From Chiloscyllium plagiosum (lineage: Eukaryota), in NCBI RefSeq assembly GCF_004010195.1, contig NC_057760.1, forward strand, positions 112,871-176,870: 64,000 nucleotides of DNA, read 5' to 3'. Positions 62,922-64,000 of the stretch are shown here, piece after piece. The position numbers and the translations under genes are program-made. The notes under the pieces were generated by a model that searched no databases, had not been told where the DNA came from, and was given only the letters and a program-made list of their open reading frames with translations. Within the stretch, counting starts at the first letter, position 1. Every line of letters begins with the position of its first letter.

Positions 62922-63120
62922 AGAATGGGGACGGGGGGACGGGACATAATCCCACGAGGAGTGGGGGACATGTCCCACGGGGAGTTGGGGGGATAATGGG
63001 GGACTCGCTCCAAAGGGGAGCGGGGGGAGATTGGGGGACTCGCTCCCACGGGGAGTCGGGGGAGAATAGGGGATCGCTCCCACAGGGAGTTGGAGGGAGA
63101 ATGGGAGAACGGGGGAGTTG
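62922..63120. repeat. G-rich degenerate tandem repeat (gggactcgctcccacggggagt.ggggga.aat)
   Basis: About six units of roughly 20-34 bp. Confidence 0.75.
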
Positions 63121-64000
63121 CTTCCACAGTTAGCAGAAATATATTACATGGGGGAGCAGGAGATAGATAGAAGGATTGGGTGAAGGGGAGGTAATGAAGA
63201 TGCCGTTGGGAGGAAGCTGGTGCACACAGAGGGTCCGAATGGCCTGTTTTGCGTGCTACGATCCCAGACGACCAGGGTTCACAATGCTGAGGCCGGATCT
63301 CCGTGCTGACCCCTGGCAAGCGAAGGGGACCCCAGCTGGTGGTTTTGCCTGGACACTGGCCAGTTCATACAATCGGCATTGTTCCTGCTTTACATCAGAA
63401 ATAAATAATTCCTTATCAAAGGAATTGCGCTGCACTGCCATTCTTCCTGCAGAATTCCCAAGGTAGGAGCTGTGCAGAGGAAAATGATTTCAAAACAGAG
63501 AAAAGAACATAACTACTGAAAAATATGGGAGTATCTGCAGAGAATAAAAGACAATAAATAATTCAATGGGAGTGAGTGAGTCACCGTTATTTAATTTCTC
63601 AGTCCTGGTGTTGCTAGGCCTACCTTTATCAGGGTCCTCGGGTCCTGGTAATAGAATCATAGTCAACAGGAGTAGGCCATTCTTCCCTTCGAACCCACTC
63701 TGCCCCTCAATACTATCATGGCTGATCATCCAAATCAGTCCCCTGTTCCTGCTTTCTGCCCGGTACCCTTTGAGATTATTCCAGAAAAACTAAGCTGTTG
63801 GATAAATGGGGGCTTCGGGGCAACATGACTGGTCTATGAATCCAAAAGCAAGCCTAGGCCAAGGTGAGACATGGCTCCAAATCCCATTTTCATCCCACTG
63901 AGTCCATAATGACCATTCAGAGAGCACCCCACTTGGACCCACCCCACTATCCCTGTCATCCTGCATTTCCCATGGCTAATCCACCCTAATCTGCACATCC

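Noticed and set aside
63290..63466. Possible plus-strand exon ending CAAG|gtagga
   Set aside because: Weak donor, no clear acceptor and no recognisable protein similarity.

Overview
Repeat-dense vertebrate genomic DNA, almost certainly from a shark or other elasmobranch (abundant HE1/V-SINEs, CR1/HER1-type LINE fragments, Deu-domain SINEs, Penelope-like fragments). The only protein-coding gene I can support is a minus-strand CDC42 small effector, best matching CDC42SE1/SPEC1. I assembled it by hand from three phase-0 coding exons (22365-22312, 16122-16018, 8397-8293) into an 87-aa CRIB protein: [87 protein letters not shown]. It has a CpG-island first exon near 25.4-25.65 kb and a non-coding terminal exon at about 5238-3480. 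Almost all other ORFs in the track are repeat-derived or spurious. The most notable non-coding structures are: (1) dispersed minimal hammerhead-ribozyme motifs from several Penelope-related families, with covarying stems; (2) a 32-bp minisatellite that has expanded inside three separate Deu-SINE copies; (3) a palindromic AT-rich tract beside the promoter; (4) a perfect T-free 25-bp intronic array; (5) two apparent short-range templated duplications; (6) two repeat-free islands (about 43 kb and 54-55 kb) that look like promoters or first exons. I found no convincing wholly new multi-gene system. Repeat boundaries are approximate and family names come from recalled consensus sequences, not database searches.
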